Below are positions 1 through 13,039 of a stretch of DNA of 64,000 bases, in pieces; the stretch's first letter is position 1; every line of letters starts with the position of its first letter. The stretch lies in NCBI GenBank assembly GCA_951406725.2, contig OX597816.1, positions 143,902,001 to 143,966,000 on the forward strand, in the 5' to 3' direction. A program made the translations under genes and the position numbers. A model generated the notes under the pieces. It saw nothing but the letters and a program-made list of their open reading frames with translations. It did not search any database and was not told the origin of the DNA. The stretch comes from Octopus vulgaris. Lineage: Eukaryota.

Positions 1-132
1 AAATGGTACTTTATTTTATTTACCCCGAACGGATGAAAGACAAAGTTGACCTCGATCGGACAGGAACTCAGAACGTAAGTTACGACACCGAGCATTGTGT
101 TCGGTGCGCTAATGATTCTGCCAGCTCGCCGT
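1..132 (-). mobile_element. tRNA-derived SINE, family A (partial)
   Basis: Matches the GGCGAGCTGGCAGAA...TTCTGAGTTC...GTCGACTTTGCCTTTCATCC...AAGTACCA consensus seen in many copies in this window. Confidence 0.8.
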
Positions 133-539
133 CTTAATAATACCGGTTTGAGATACATTCTATGGGGAACTATCGGTTTGAAATACATTCTTCGGGTACG
201 GAAGAACCGTGCGAGATACGCACAGAGCGATAGAATCATTTTGCATGTCCGAGGACTGCTGATTTGTGGAATTATATCGAACAGCTATTGTTGCTTGTTT
301 GAGGAATCCGGTTATTGGCCGAGAACATCGTGAAGATCACTCCACTAGCTACCTTCAATCCGACAGAGCAGGTATTGTTCTTCTGTCAAGTGATTTTGCC
401 GAGGCCAGTTTTGCCTTTCCTCCTTTCGGGCGCCATGAAATAAGTGCCAGTTAGGTAGTGCTTAACCGGTCTGTGTCATCTATTAAAACTCCTCTAACAT
501 TGCTAGCTTTGTGCCAAATTTTGAAACCATTATTATCAA

Positions 540-963
540 CTAGCTTAAAAGCCGCACTCCGTGCGGACTTTTAAGTTAGATCCTGCAGAGGGCTAATTGG
601 GCCTGCGGTCCAAAACTAAACAGAGCTAAATAGCATGACTATAATATGTCTATAATGGCTATGTGCCCCGGTGGTGTTCTATTGTTCCAGTCCCGAGTTG
701 AATTTCAACTGTTGGCCAATTTGTCGCAAAGTTCTTATCCCGACGCAAAATTAACGAACGTCAATCAAGATGACGAGAATCAGCTGAGCTTTACTTGCTA
801 GAATGATTTTAGATCAAATCCAAATGCTGGATGTTCAAGAACCAAATGAATGGCAGATTTCCAATCCCGGGATCATCTTGATTCCATGTCTATGTAGAGC
901 AAATATAGACTGAGATACAGGGGTCCCGGACAGACAGAATTTCGCGTTTATTATTATAGAAGA
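540..963 (-). mobile_element. Non-autonomous Helitron
   Basis: Minus strand starts TC (TCTTCTATAATAATAAACGCG) and ends with hairpin CCGCACGGAGTGCGG followed by CTAG; inserted between A and T. Confidence 0.7.
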
Positions 964-1284
964 TATTTTGCTTATCACCGAAGTTAAGCGTGTTTTGGAT
1001 ACTCCGTGCGTTTGTCCTTTCTGCTTAAGAAGAACTACAATAGAATGATAAACCGCTTTTGTTCACTTACTCTCTAGGGCAATTGTTTTTTTAAAGAAAA
1101 CTTTTCGAAGCATAGAAAAAAATTTCAAAAAGCTTCGTTTATGCCAGTTAACTAAAAATAAAAGGTCGGAAAATATTCTTAAAGTGAAACACTTTTTCTC
1201 AGTCACCTCCACCATACAACACCATACACGTAGTAGTTACATAAAAAAGAAACAATAACAATAACAAGTGACAACAATAACACA

Positions 1285-1603
1285 ATAAGAGGACCACTGG
1301 TAGTACGAGGGTCCCAACTGATTCGATCATCGGAACATCCTGCTCGTGAAATTAACGTGTAAGTGGTTGAGCACTCCACGGACACGTGTACCCTTAACGC
1401 AGTTTTCAGGGAGATAGAGCATGACACAGAGTGTGATAGGGCTGGCCCTTTGAAATACAAGTTCTACTCATTTTTGCCAGCTGAGTAGACTGGAGCAGCG
1501 TGAAATAAAGTGTCTTGCTCCAGGACACAACGCGTTGCTGGGAATTGAACTCACGACCTTACGATCGTGAGTCGAATATCCCAACCACTAAGCTACGCGC
1601 CTT
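1285..1603 (-). mobile_element. tRNA-derived SINE, family B (CORE/Meta-like body)
   Basis: tRNA-like head with A/B boxes (GGCGCGTAGCTTAGTGGTT...GAGTTCAATTCC) then TGTGTCCTGGAGCAAGACACTT; related copy at 28683-29018. Confidence 0.75.
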
Positions 1604-2019
1604 CAACCCCCCCCCCACGCAAACACACACACACAAATACACAAACACAGAGTTTCCAAAACGCGTTCAGCTTTGGCGGTAACCAACAACAGTAGTAAGA
1701 ACAGAAAAAATAATGATCCTTTCTGTCGCAGGCACAAAGCCAAGAATTTGTTGGGTGGGGTTAGTAAATGTCGTCGATCCTTGCACTTGACATGTTTCAT
1801 TATATCAACACTCATGGAATTATAAAAGGCGAAGTTGACTGCGGCGGGATTTGAACCCATAATGTAATGAGTCATAAACAAGTACATATATACATTAAAA
1901 AATGCATCTTTCCCACCCGCCTCTATCGACTCTAAGAAGTTATATTACGTCGATTTTGTTTGGAAAACAACGATAAAAAGAAACGAGAAAATAAAGTGAT
2001 ATGAAAAAATATATGTAAA

Positions 2020-2425
2020 CGTGCCCACAAAGGGCTAAACATAGAGGGGACAAACAAGGGCAGTCAAATGGATTAAGCCGTTTACATCGAACCAGTGCAT
2101 AACTGGTACTTAATTTATCGACCCCCAAAAGGATGAAAGGCAAAGTTGACCTCGGCGGAATTTGAACTCAGAACGTAGCGGCAGACGAAATACCTATTAC
2201 TTTATTACCCACAAGGGGCTAAACACAGAGAGGACAAACAAGGACAGAAAACGGATTAAGTCGATTATATTGACCCCAGTGCGTAACTGGTACTTATTTA
2301 ATCGGCCCCGAAAGGATGAAAGGCAAAGTCGACCTCGGCGGAATTTGAACTCAGAACGTAACGGCAGATGAAATACGGCTACGCATTTCGCCCGGCGTGC
2401 TAACGTTTCTGCCAGCTCGCCGCCT
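2020..2425 (-). mobile_element. Tandem SINE family A (full copy 2196-2425 plus headless copy 2020-2193)
   Basis: Two consecutive copies of the body and tail; only the upstream one retains the tRNA-like head. Confidence 0.85.
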
Positions 2426-3104
2426 TAAATATACGTAAACGTGTGGATGAGTAAGCTATTCAGGCACAATCAGAGAAGCCTACACAAAAGCCAGAACTGT
2501 TCCACCCGCCAAAGATAAGTGCTCATCCTCAAACTCATCCCACGACCTACCTACAGGCTCTTGCAATAACTTTTTGGACAGTCATTGTATATATATCTAT
2601 CATATCACTTGAAACAAATTACAGCTCACAACCTAAAAAAGAAGAAACTCAGTTAAGATATTAGCTGTTTGACTGAACTGATTATCTGATAAGCTGAAAA
2701 TATCATAAGCAGGAAAACACATAGTTATCATATTAGGTAAACATAAGTATAATTATACAATGATAGGTTGTCAATTAAAGGGTCTTCACCTTTTTTTAAA
2801 AATGTATTTGTGAATTTATTACTGTCCTGTCGATTTCGAGTCAGTGATAAAATGCACAAAGTAGCCGACCCTCGGAGATGAAATGCATTAATAAAGGCCA
2901 GCATTTATATCTTAAGGAAGTTATTTTCGATCGAAAGGCTGGCTTTATATATTACGTATTTAGTACAAACCTGAAAAATGTCTACTTCATTTTATTCAGT
3001 TTACTTTCATTAACGAATAATACGTATACGAACACACACACACAAAATGATGTACGTATTATGTATTGTCCACTTCTGTATTATTTTGATCCCTTAGAAC
3101 CCGA

Positions 3105-3465
3105 GAACACAGCTGGTACTTATTTTACCGATCCTGAAAGGCTGGAAGGCAAAGTTGATATCGGCGGAATTTGAACTAAGAGCATAAAGACGGATGAAAT
3201 GCTGTTAAGCATTTTGGCCGGCGTGCTAACGATTCTTATTTATTTACTGCCCACAAGAGGCTACACACAGAGGGGACAAACAAGGACAGACAAACGGATT
3301 AAATCGGTTATATCGACTCTAGTGCGTAACTGGTACTTATTTAATCGACTCCGAAAGGATGAATGGCAAAGTCGACCTCGGCGGAATTTGAACTCAGAAC
3401 GTAACGGCAGACGAAATACCGCTAAGCATTTCACCCGACGTGCTAACGTTTCTGCCAGCTGGCTG
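3105..3465 (-). mobile_element. Tandem SINE family A
   Basis: Same consensus as 2196-2425, two abutting copies. Confidence 0.8.
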
Positions 3466-3470
3466 ACTTC

Positions 3471-3506
<36 letters not shown>

Positions 3507-3828
3507 ATAATAATAACAATAATAATGATGATGATGATTATGATGATTTCTTTTAAAATCTCATAGTTATTTCGAAGCTTCTGGCTTTCTTTTATACATT
3601 TCATTGTACACTCACTGTACATCATGCATACATACATACGATCATACACACACAGATATATAGTTGAGCGATTAGCCACATCAAAGTGGCAGATGAATGT
3701 TACTACTTGTTTAATTCCAGGTGGGTTCTCCATCTGCTGGTTTTCGGTGCAAACCCTTCGCCCTTTATATACAATATATCGCTAGTAGGGGTAGCGAATC
3801 CTTACTATCCTTCAGCAGCTGACAGGTT

Positions 3829-3873
3829 CGCGGGACCGGCCAGTTTCGAGCTATTTGGCTCACATCAGCCGCG
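3829..3873 (-). ncRNA. Type I hammerhead ribozyme motif (A9-to-U variant)
   Basis: cgcgg-CTGATGT-gagc caaata gctc-GAAA-ctggccg-GTC-ccgcg; helices I, II and III all pair. Confidence 0.7.
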
Positions 3874-3878
3874 CGATA

Positions 3879-4252
3879 TCTTTCTCTATATATAAACGGC
3901 AGTTTGTCTGTGCGTGTTTCTGTGTGTCTGTTTGCTTGTACCCTCACCCTGACCACGGCTTTCAACCGATTCTGATGAAACTTGACACACACATAGCCCA
4001 ATGTCATAATTCAAAACTAACGCAGCGAAAATTTTGAAAAGTTCCCCCAGTTCTGAAAAAAATCGATAAATTCGACATGGGGTCGAGAATCAGAAACACG
4101 AACCACAAACTGTCTAGGGGACGCAACTCCATCCTTTTTTAACTCTCAAAAAAATTTACCATATTTTTTTCCATTTTTTGGCTATAACTCTCTTAAAATG
4201 CTTTATAGTTATTTCCCTTACAAACCTGAGCAACGCCGGGCGATACTGCTAG
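3879..4252 (+). mobile_element. Non-autonomous Helitron
   Basis: Starts TC, ends with the CCTGAGCAACGCCGGG hairpin then CTAG; A|T target with no TSD; removing it restores the host inverted arm. Confidence 0.8.
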
Positions 4253-4421
4253 TTGTATATAAAGGGTGCAAAGCTTGCACCGAAAACCAGGTGGCGGAGG
4301 ATCTGCCTGGGGTTAAACTAGTGGTAACATTCATCGGCCACTTTGATGTGGCTACTGGCGTTACTGTTTAGTGTACATTAATACTCTATGTCTTCTTGAT
4401 ATTTTATAAATAGCTATTTTG

Positions 4422-4469
<48 letters not shown>

Positions 4470-5040
4470 TGTGTAAGCGCGCGCATATGTATACATGCAG
4501 ACACATACACATGCATGCATATATTCATAAGCGTTGTAAAAGGTTGATTTTGATTGGACATGGTTTGAGAAACAGAATATACTTATGGCAACTGTTTTGA
4601 ATTATGAAAGTCATGGCACAGATCCTTATCGTATTTGGGGAGTTTTACAAAAGCATACATTTCAGAAGTTAATGATGCAACGTGAGATTTAGAGAAGCTG
4701 CTGACTTTGTCATAGAGAAAGTCTAATGACGAATGAGGATTGGCTAGTTTTGAGTGCACATCTCTGACTTTGTGGGCTAAAGAAGGAAACAAGGTTTTGG
4801 CGAAGAGAATATACATTATACATACATGTATATAAGAGTGTATGAGCGTATGTGTGTACGTATGTGTGTGTTTAACTTCGTAAACCATATCGCTTAACTG
4901 AATTATATATACTCTAATTATGTTCAACGACCAAATAATTTACCTTATAATACCCTGTAATAATTGTGATTTTAGTTGAATGTCACTAATAGAATGGGAT
5001 CTAACTAAATACTGTGGGGGGTTTATACTGAGTGTATAAT

Positions 5041-5199
5041 AGGCTCAAGTATGGCGGTATTGTATGAAGTTTGCTTCCCAACCATTTGGTTCCGGGCTCA
5101 GTCCCGTTGCGTGGCACCTTGGGTATCTTCTACTATAGCTGCAGGCCAATTAAATTTTTGTGAGTGGATATGGTCGATGAAACCTGAAAGACGCCTGTC

Positions 5200-5200
<1 letters not shown>
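5041..5200 (+). mobile_element. tRNA-derived SINE, family C (degenerate)
   Basis: Similar to 43861-44160 and 61960-62371. Confidence 0.6.
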
Positions 5201-5247
<47 letters not shown>

Positions 5248-5339
5248 GCTCACAAAATGTTTGATACAAAAAATGTGTGACGTTTTAACTACTTGTTTCT
5301 CCCCAGAATTTTAGAATATTTCTAATTATAATTGATCTA

Positions 5340-6660
5340 TGCCCTGGGAATGAAACTAAACTGCATCCGGCTTATTCCCAAGTGCTCTCTGATCCGGGGA
5401 GGTAGTACCTGTCAGGGTGCAGTCTATAGGTTAAATAGTTTTAGTGGCAAGGCATATTGAACAGACTCGACATGCCCAAATCCTGAGTGCATGGACATGT
5501 CTTGTAGCATCCAGTAGCCCCACTCCAGCCTGGGTAGCTGTTCCTGTGTCTCCAAGGAAGGTTTTTGAACCAGAGGCTAGGAGGAGGAAACTCTGATATA
5601 AAACCTACAATCCAATGCTCTCGCTGTTACCGTCGTCCCAGTTTTCTGGGCCATGACAGATGAACCCGGATGTAAAGGACAGGACCAATTCAGTGACCAC
5701 TGATTTTCACCTAACAACTCTACTGCTCTGGCTCGAAGGCCAAGTCCCCAACCACCAATCATTCTAAGCCCTATAACGATGGGAAAGTGACGCAAACGGT
5801 AGATTGAAGATCACACTGGAAGTCGCAGTCCCAGTCTTGTATGTTGGCGGTTCAAGATATTTGTCGTCTGATGTTGACCCGGGGACGACGAATCGTTCAG
5901 TACACCTTGGATGAACAAGCAGCTTTCTTCAGAGACAGGACAGTTTACTCCACATGGATAGGAGCTTAGAAATGGTGGTCTAAACATAGCTCATCTTGTA
6001 CACCTCCAGCTGGCAAACAACGGGCATCTTCTCAACATAAAAAAGGAAAAGATACGCACCCACCTGCAAGGATGTGAAAAGACTGAAAATCGCATGCTGG
6101 AACATCAGAACCATGCTAGACACAGCCGACAGCAGTCGTCTAGACTGCATGTTGACATAGCTGCTCCCAGTGAAGTCTACTATCCACAGGACAGCCGCCT
6201 TCAAGAATATGGCACTGCATACACTCTCTACTGGTCAGGCAAACCAGCAGCAGAAAGACGTATTTTGGACCTGTCTTCATGATCAGAAACTCTATTGTTT
6301 TCCATCTTGAAAACTTTCTAAGAGGTCATTCTGACTGCATCATCTCTATGCACCTCCTACTTAGTAATGAGCAATATGTTATGCTCTTCAGTGTATGCTC
6401 CCCAACTCTTCAAGCAGATCGTGTATAAAAGGCCAGATTTTCCACTAATCAGCGCAATCTCTTACAAAATATTCTTGCAAACGACATGGTAATAATTCTT
6501 GGAGATTTCAACGCGAAAGTGATTCGAGATTCTATAACCGAGAAAGGAATACTTGGTAGACATGGCATTGGTTGCTGTAACGACAACAGGTGTTTGCTGT
6601 TGGAGTTTTGCAGAGAGCAACAGCTCGTCACTACGGACACCATCTTCCAGCAGAAATATT
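5340..6660 (+). pseudogene. RTE-clade LINE 5' part (UTR plus AP endonuclease), disrupted
   Basis: Motifs KIACWNIRTML, YTLYWSGKP, IILGDFNAKV and GRHGIG..NDN..LLLEFC..QQLV lie in different frames. Confidence 0.75.
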
Positions 6661-7769
6661 TTTCTCTAATTCTTAGTAGTTTCACTCTCTTTCACGACCT
6701 ATTTTGGCTATGTGTTTCAGTTTAATTTGAAAACATTTCAATGGATTTAGTAAAATAACTTTTCTATTATATAGCTGATGCTTGGAACATAATTTTACAA
6801 AAACAGATAAAAAAACTTATAATGGAATATTGCTATTTCAATATAAATATCGGCGGTCTCAAGCTGTTTAGTTAAGTGATTTTCGTCGTTCAGTAAGCTG
6901 TAATTTACTTTTGTTTTATATTTTTCATTGTGTATGCTTTTCAGGGTTGACCGTAACAAGCATTAGTTTATTTATTGTGTAAATAGACCCAGAAAGGTTG
7001 CAGTCTTAACACTGTGCACTGATCCACTTCGAAGCGAGTCTTATATGAATTAGAATAATGTTTGTTAATTAAGCGCATAATTCACGAGTAGCAGAGCTTG
7101 TTGGTTGCAAAGTTTCAGGATGTCCTTATACAACTGGGCGTATATCTTCTAACTAACATGTATCAATCTACTATTTTCTGACTAATAGTCATCTTTCTAC
7201 TAGCGTCAGGAACGAAATAGTTCCTATTAATCTGAGCACTGAAATTCACAAGAATGAGTTACATACTTAACGTTCTCATCAGTCATTAAGGTTCCAAACA
7301 AAATCACAATGACGACACTATATTCCTATTATATTTTGTTAGAGGATATACAATATCTTTATTATTAATTATAACTACAAGGATGTGGATTGGCAGAATC
7401 GTCTGAGTGTCGCAGTATTTAGTCTAGCTATTTACCTTCTGAGTTCAACTCCCATCCTTCTAGGGTTAAGTAAATTAGTTGTCAAGTAATGAGGTCGATT
7501 TCATGAACAGTTCTCTCATCCCAAATATGATGCCTTTAAGGTAAAAACTATGGGTTATAATCCCGCAGAGGTTATTTCTGCTGTTCATCTTTCCAGGTTT
7601 GATAACATTAAGTACCAATCATTAACTTGAGTAGATTCAATGATACGCCTTTCCCGAATTTGTGACTAAGTACCTTTTTTGGATTTCGTCCGTCTTTATG
7701 CTCTGAGATAAAATAAGTGCCAGTTGAGCACAGAGGTCAATGTAATCATCTAGCTGCCACCCCTTAAAT

Positions 7770-7912
7770 GTCGAACGCTTTATCGCTGAATGAAACCCCT
7801 CCGCAGCATTATTTGTTCTGATTAACATTCCATACAGCTTTCGGGAATGTAGGTGGTTCTCTCCTTCGTATAGCATCACGTCCTCTCACAATGACTTACA
7901 AAGTCAATCGAA
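7770..7912 (-). mobile_element. MULE transposase fragment
   Basis: RTNNAAEGFH motif; near copy of 9500-9641. Confidence 0.7.
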
Positions 7913-7954
7913 GTGCCTATAATAGAAAGGATTATTTGAAGTAATAATTTAAGC

Positions 7955-8170
7955 CGGCGGGCTGGGAGATTTGTTAGAGCGTCGGAAAAATTGCTTTGCT
8001 GTATTTCTACCGGCACTATACATTCTGAGTTCTAATGCTGCCAAGTCAGTTTAGCCTTTCATCCTTTCGGGATGGATAAAATAAACTACTAGTCAAATAC
8101 TGGACCATTGGTATCGATCTAGCCAATCGTTAGATTATCTGGTCTTGTGCCTAAATTAGAAACCATTATT
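7955..8170 (+). mobile_element. SINE family A-related, diverged
   Basis: Head plus GCCTTTCATCCTTTCGGG core, different tail. Confidence 0.6.
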
Positions 8171-9034
8171 TTTGGTAATTATGGCAGGGGCGATAGATAG
8201 CAGAATTCATAAAGCGACAAATAGAAGTTGAAATATATTAAAACAAGATATTATGAAAAGATAGTAAGCAGAAAATTGTTCTACACCTAATTCAGTCAAT
8301 CTACTTTGAAACCCATACAAAATTCTAAGCAAATTCATTTGCCGTGAGGAGTGTACAATATAACACTTCGAACTTAGACCTTCCCTTCGTTTGGAAGTGT
8401 AGAAAGGAGTGGCTTTACCTTCTCCCAGCTCCAAACTACAATATGACGTTCTACCTTCCTTATCCTCATATAAGGTGGGGTTTCGGGCGTTAGATTATAT
8501 ACACTCCTTACAACAAATGAATTTATCAAACTCATCTGCTGACTTATTTGTTGTCAACATACAGAGCAACACCTGTTTCCTCGACTTCCGGAGTTTACCC
8601 TATTCTGCCCTGAAAAGTAATGGTTGCAGGTGTGGAGAAACCATTCTGTTCACCACTCATCTTTTTTTTTTTTCAGTTAGTCGTCAGAAAAAACGGACAT
8701 ACAATTGTTCTGGCTCAAAATCACTTCAAATCATCCGATACTCCCAAAATTCTTTCTAAACGCCAATCGTCGCTGGTGGTCATTCGATTATATCCTGTTG
8801 TACATCAAGTTCTCTAAAAATAAAAATAATAACTCTTAGTTCTTCTAAGCTGTAAACGTTTGAAAGTAATTTCTACATAGATATGTTCAATATAATCATC
8901 ATCATCATCATCATCATTACTACTCAAATTCCGCTGAGGTCGACTTTGCTTTTCATTTTTTCGGGGTCGATAAAATAAATACCAGCTGAGTAATGGGGTC
9001 GATGTAATCGACTAGTCTCCCACCCACTAAATTT

Positions 9035-10958
9035 CTGTGACCCGACTTTTCGTCCGATGTTACTTTGTTCAACGTCACTTTGTCCACATCTTTTCGTCCG
9101 ACGTATTTTTGTCCGATGATTTTTTTGTCCAACGACATTTTGTCCGATTTTAGATAAACTCTTTAGAAAACAAGGTGAACATGAAAATCAAATAATCATT
9201 GAGAATTTTATTGATAGGCTTCAAGTAAAATACTGTGGGAAAACGTATTTAAAAAAAGTCCTTTTTAAAAAGTAATGATACAACTATTGATTTATTATGA
9301 TCACTTAAAATTGATGCAAATTATATGCCATACACTTCAAAAAAAATATTCAGTGAACAATCTTTTGAGGCGTTCTGTTATTCTTCGATATCGTGTACAT
9401 GAATTTGACGGATCTCCTCGAAAAACTTGAGTCATTTTACCTTGAACCTTCAGAGTTTTGATTAATTTCCAAATATTCAAATGTGCTCCACCTGCCAAAC
9501 GCTTTATCGCCGAGTGAAACCCATCCGCAGAATTATTTATTCTGATTAACATTCCATAATCATACAACTTTCGGGAATGTAGATGGTTCTCTCCTTCGTC
9601 TAGCACTACGTCCTCTCACAATGCCTTACAAAGTCAATCGAAATAAGCGATGAATTCAGCAGGTATTTATTCGTCGTCTATTTATTCTTCATAGACCTCT
9701 TTGACATCTTCGACGAGTAGAAAGGCTAATACTGAAAAACATTGAATTCTAAGACAGAATTCAGGATCTTTATTGTATTTTACTTTGAGGCCTAAATCTG
9801 TAATTTTTCAAAATACTGATTGGCTCAAATGAAACAAACATGACACAATAGATGAACTAGGGAATGATGAATTAAATGTCTTATGAACTGCAACTTCGAA
9901 ATCTGCCATGAGATCAAGCGGATATGCATTAGGTTGCATAATTTTCAATTGCTCGAAAAATAATTCATATATCTGCTTTGTTTTATTCGGCAGTAATGCA
10001 AAGACCCATGGAAAACTGCTACCTTTAACTTGTACATGAATGCTAAACAGTTGAGATCACTGTTCTGACGCAATTTTGAACGTTCCATTACATGCCCAAT
10101 GGCGATATGATGCTATATCCTGCAGAGCACTTTCTGATGCAAATACTTGTATGCGTTGTTGATCCGCGATACCCGAATCGTATCTCAGAAACTGCCTGCC
10201 ATTATCAAGTTTACAATATTCACCAGGTATTTCAAAATCAGTTCTAGCCCCTGGATTAGCGAGAAATCCAGAATTTTTTTGTCGGCACCTTTGAACAATC
10301 CTGGAAAGTACAGGTAAACGAGGAAGTTGTGAGCAAGTATTTTCTGTTAGCTGCGTAAACATAGCCGTTATTATGCTACGCGAACTTGCTGCTAAGTTTT
10401 CTACCGCTTCATGCTTTATTTCTGCAACTGTTTTTCTAGCATTTAACGAATCTACTTCAGCTGGATGAAGGTACTCACTAGAAAGATAAATAATTTTCGG
10501 TTCATTGTTTTCCGTTATGATGTGAATTAGCACTGAGCATAGCCTTCTTTTCTCACATCTCCAGGATTTTTTTCCTAGTTTTGCATTGCTTGAATGAAAG
10601 TCGTAATTGTAATTTCCTCAACTACTTTTCTTTTGTTTTCGGCCGACACTATGAACTTTGTCATTTCGGGATGAGTAAATCAAAAATGTGTACACTCAAT
10701 TTGCAGCACTCTCTATACACAGCTCCGTACTTAAGAGAGAGAAGGAAAAAGAGGAAGTAAAACTGTTAAGAGAGAAGGAAAAAGAACGATAATAACAATC
10801 CTAGAATGAGGTTCGTTATAGTTCTGTGAATATATCATTAGAGATATTTCACCTTGTTTTCTAAAGAGTTTATTTAAAATTGGACAAAAATCGTTGGACA
10901 AAAAAAAAATCATCTGGCAAAAAGACGAAGTAACATCGGACGAAAAGACATAGCACCC
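9035..10958 (-). mobile_element. Mutator-like (MULE) DNA transposon with degenerate transposase, inserted in a SINE
   Basis: TIRs built from TTTTCGTCCGA-type subrepeats (9035-9150 / 10876-10958); ORF pieces with FLRYDSG..RIQVFAS..WACNGTFK and RINNSADGFH; AAATTT on both flanks and the SINE resumes after it. Confidence 0.85.
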
Positions 10959-11384
10959 AAATTTGAGGCTTTGTTCCTATAAAGTGGAGATGGCAGTATT
11001 GGTTGAGTGTTTTCCATTATTTCCATAATTACTTCAAATCCTACCGGTGTTACCATTTTTGTTACTATAGAGTCGAATAAATAAATGCCAGTCATATGTT
11101 GGAGTTAGCTCAGTTGATTTCACGTCTTCCGCACAAAAATTATGACCTAGAAATCGTTATCATTTTATCTGATAAACTACTGAATACATCCTGCCGCTCG
11201 ATAGGTGTCTTGACAACTTTTCAAATTGGATGAACATACTCTTAAGATACTTTTACATACCCTTACATACAAGTAAGTGTTTAGCTTAATCTTTTGAGTA
11301 TAATAAAACAAACAGAAATGACATCGTTTTTATCGACATCATCCTTATCTTTAAAAAGTTTGTAATTTGTTTATATTTATTTTT

Positions 11385-11899
11385 ATTATATGGAAAATGC
11401 GAGCATGAAAAGTAATATTCTTAAGATTATAAATCTGAAAAAGTACAGGACAAGTTATTACACCTGTAAAAGTATAGGACAAGCTATTAGTTCTAGTAAA
11501 GAATAAGAAACTTTTTACTTAAAATATTGCAGCAAAGAATGCCAGTTCTTATAATTTATCACTCTTAACAGTTCTCATATTCTAAATTTATTGTACAAAG
11601 CTGTTCAGCTAATTTGTAAGTTTGTCTAATTAGTCACTTATTACTGTATTTAAGGTAGTAAATTAGCCAAATTCTACTTAAATAAGTATAGTGTTATTTG
11701 TAAAATATAATAAAATAAGTCTTAATATTCAAATTGTAATTTTAGCTGCAATATTTTAAGTAAAAAGTTTCTTAATCTTTACTTTACTAGAAGTAATAGC
11801 TTGTCCTATACTTTTACAGGTGTAATAACTTGTCCTGTACTTTTCCAAGTTTATAATCTTAAGAATATTACTTTTCAGACTCGCGTTTTTCCATGTAAT
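11385..11899. mobile_element. AT-rich MITE with ~150-bp TIRs
   Basis: ATTATATGGAAAATGCGAG...AATATTGCAGC mirrored by GCTGCAATATT...CTCGCGTTTTTCCATGTAAT. Confidence 0.8.
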
Positions 11900-12729
11900 T
11901 CATTATTTTTTCCAGGCATTGCTGTTATAAGATAATTAATAATGTGTCAATTAATAATTTAAGATTTTACCTTATAAAATACTGAAGATAATGTTTAATT
12001 TAAATATATGTTGTGATTGAATTATTTGATATTACCCATCCACACCAAATAAATGGCAAGGATTTTTTCCATGTTGCTGGTTGCCCCATGGCTCACCAAA
12101 AGTTACAAACAACAAGACCCCCAAAACCATCAGTTACCAGGCTCGCCTTAAGTAACCTAATTTTGCAATATTAGGAGGTCACAGGAATTCATTCAACGAA
12201 AAAAAAAATTCCAGTGATTCTGGGATTGATGAGGGGGGGGGGGCGACCACCTCATTTTTTCCGAACCAAAATTAGGGATTTGCAGCATATTAGGAGGTCA
12301 GGGTACTTGATTCCACGCAAAAAATCAGTTTTTTTTTTTCTTAGTGAAAATCGTGCGGGTGTTAATATAGAAATTTACCATAATGTTGCTATTTAGCCTC
12401 AAATCAACCCTGATACAGTAAACCTATCATCAAAGACATTCCGGCCTTCAGAAACCGTCTTTTTAGGGATAATCTAAGACATTACATACAATGGACGTGT
12501 GATTTAGGTATGGGATACCTTGGCTGCTATTTTAGCGTGTCGAGCGATCAGGTAGAGGCTCTTTCATTGGTTTGATTGCGTGATGAGATTGTTTTACACA
12601 TATATGTAATATGTATATATATCATCGGCAGAAGTTAGAGAGTAAGTCAAAAGCCGAGAGTTTCGTGTTTTGGCACTTATCAAACACGAATTTATACATT
12701 GTCACCCACCCTGTAACTTCTGACGAAGT

Positions 12730-13025
12730 AACTTCTAAAATACAAAATTTTGTCAAAAACGTTAAGAGTAAATCCTGTTCTATGTGACACATTCTACCAG
12801 TATCAGAAGTTTGAAAGTGTTTAATTTTTTAAAATTAATTAAATAATCTGCACGTCTAATTGAATAGATCCGAAATGTATGAAAGGCAAAGTCGACCTCG
12901 GCGGAATCTGAACTCAGAACGTAAAGACAGACGAAATACAGCTTCTAAAATAAAATTTTTTGTCAAAAACGTTAAGAGTAAACCCTTTTCTATGTGACAC
13001 ATTCTACCAGTATCGGAAGTTTGAT
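12730..13025 (+). repeat. ~85-bp direct repeat flanking a SINE body fragment
   Basis: CTTCTAAAATA...GACACATTCTACCAGTATC.GAAGTTTGA at ~12732-12815 and ~12942-13024; SINE piece at 12869-12940. Confidence 0.7.
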
Positions 13026-13039
13026 TTCACGTATGAGTT

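Larger units (their letters stand above)
3673..4354. mobile_element. Fold-back element (~105-bp inverted arms) with a hammerhead in the loop, interrupted by a Helitron
   Basis: 3673-3782 is the reverse complement of 3873-3878 plus 4253-4354 (TAGCCACATCAAAGTGGC...CCCTTTATATACAA). Confidence 0.75.

Noticed and set aside
1530-1603. tRNA-like sequences here and at 17070, 28950, 43861 and 59825
   Set aside because: They continue into SINE bodies and lack a complete cloverleaf, so they are SINE heads rather than tRNA genes.
2162-3507. Similar short ORFs at 2162-2371 and 3199-3507
   Set aside because: Antisense readings of SINE copies.
9043-9150. Regularly spaced short repeats resembling a CRISPR array
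   Set aside because: Units are ~15 nt without unique spacers and are mirrored at 10876-10958, so they are MULE TIR subrepeats.
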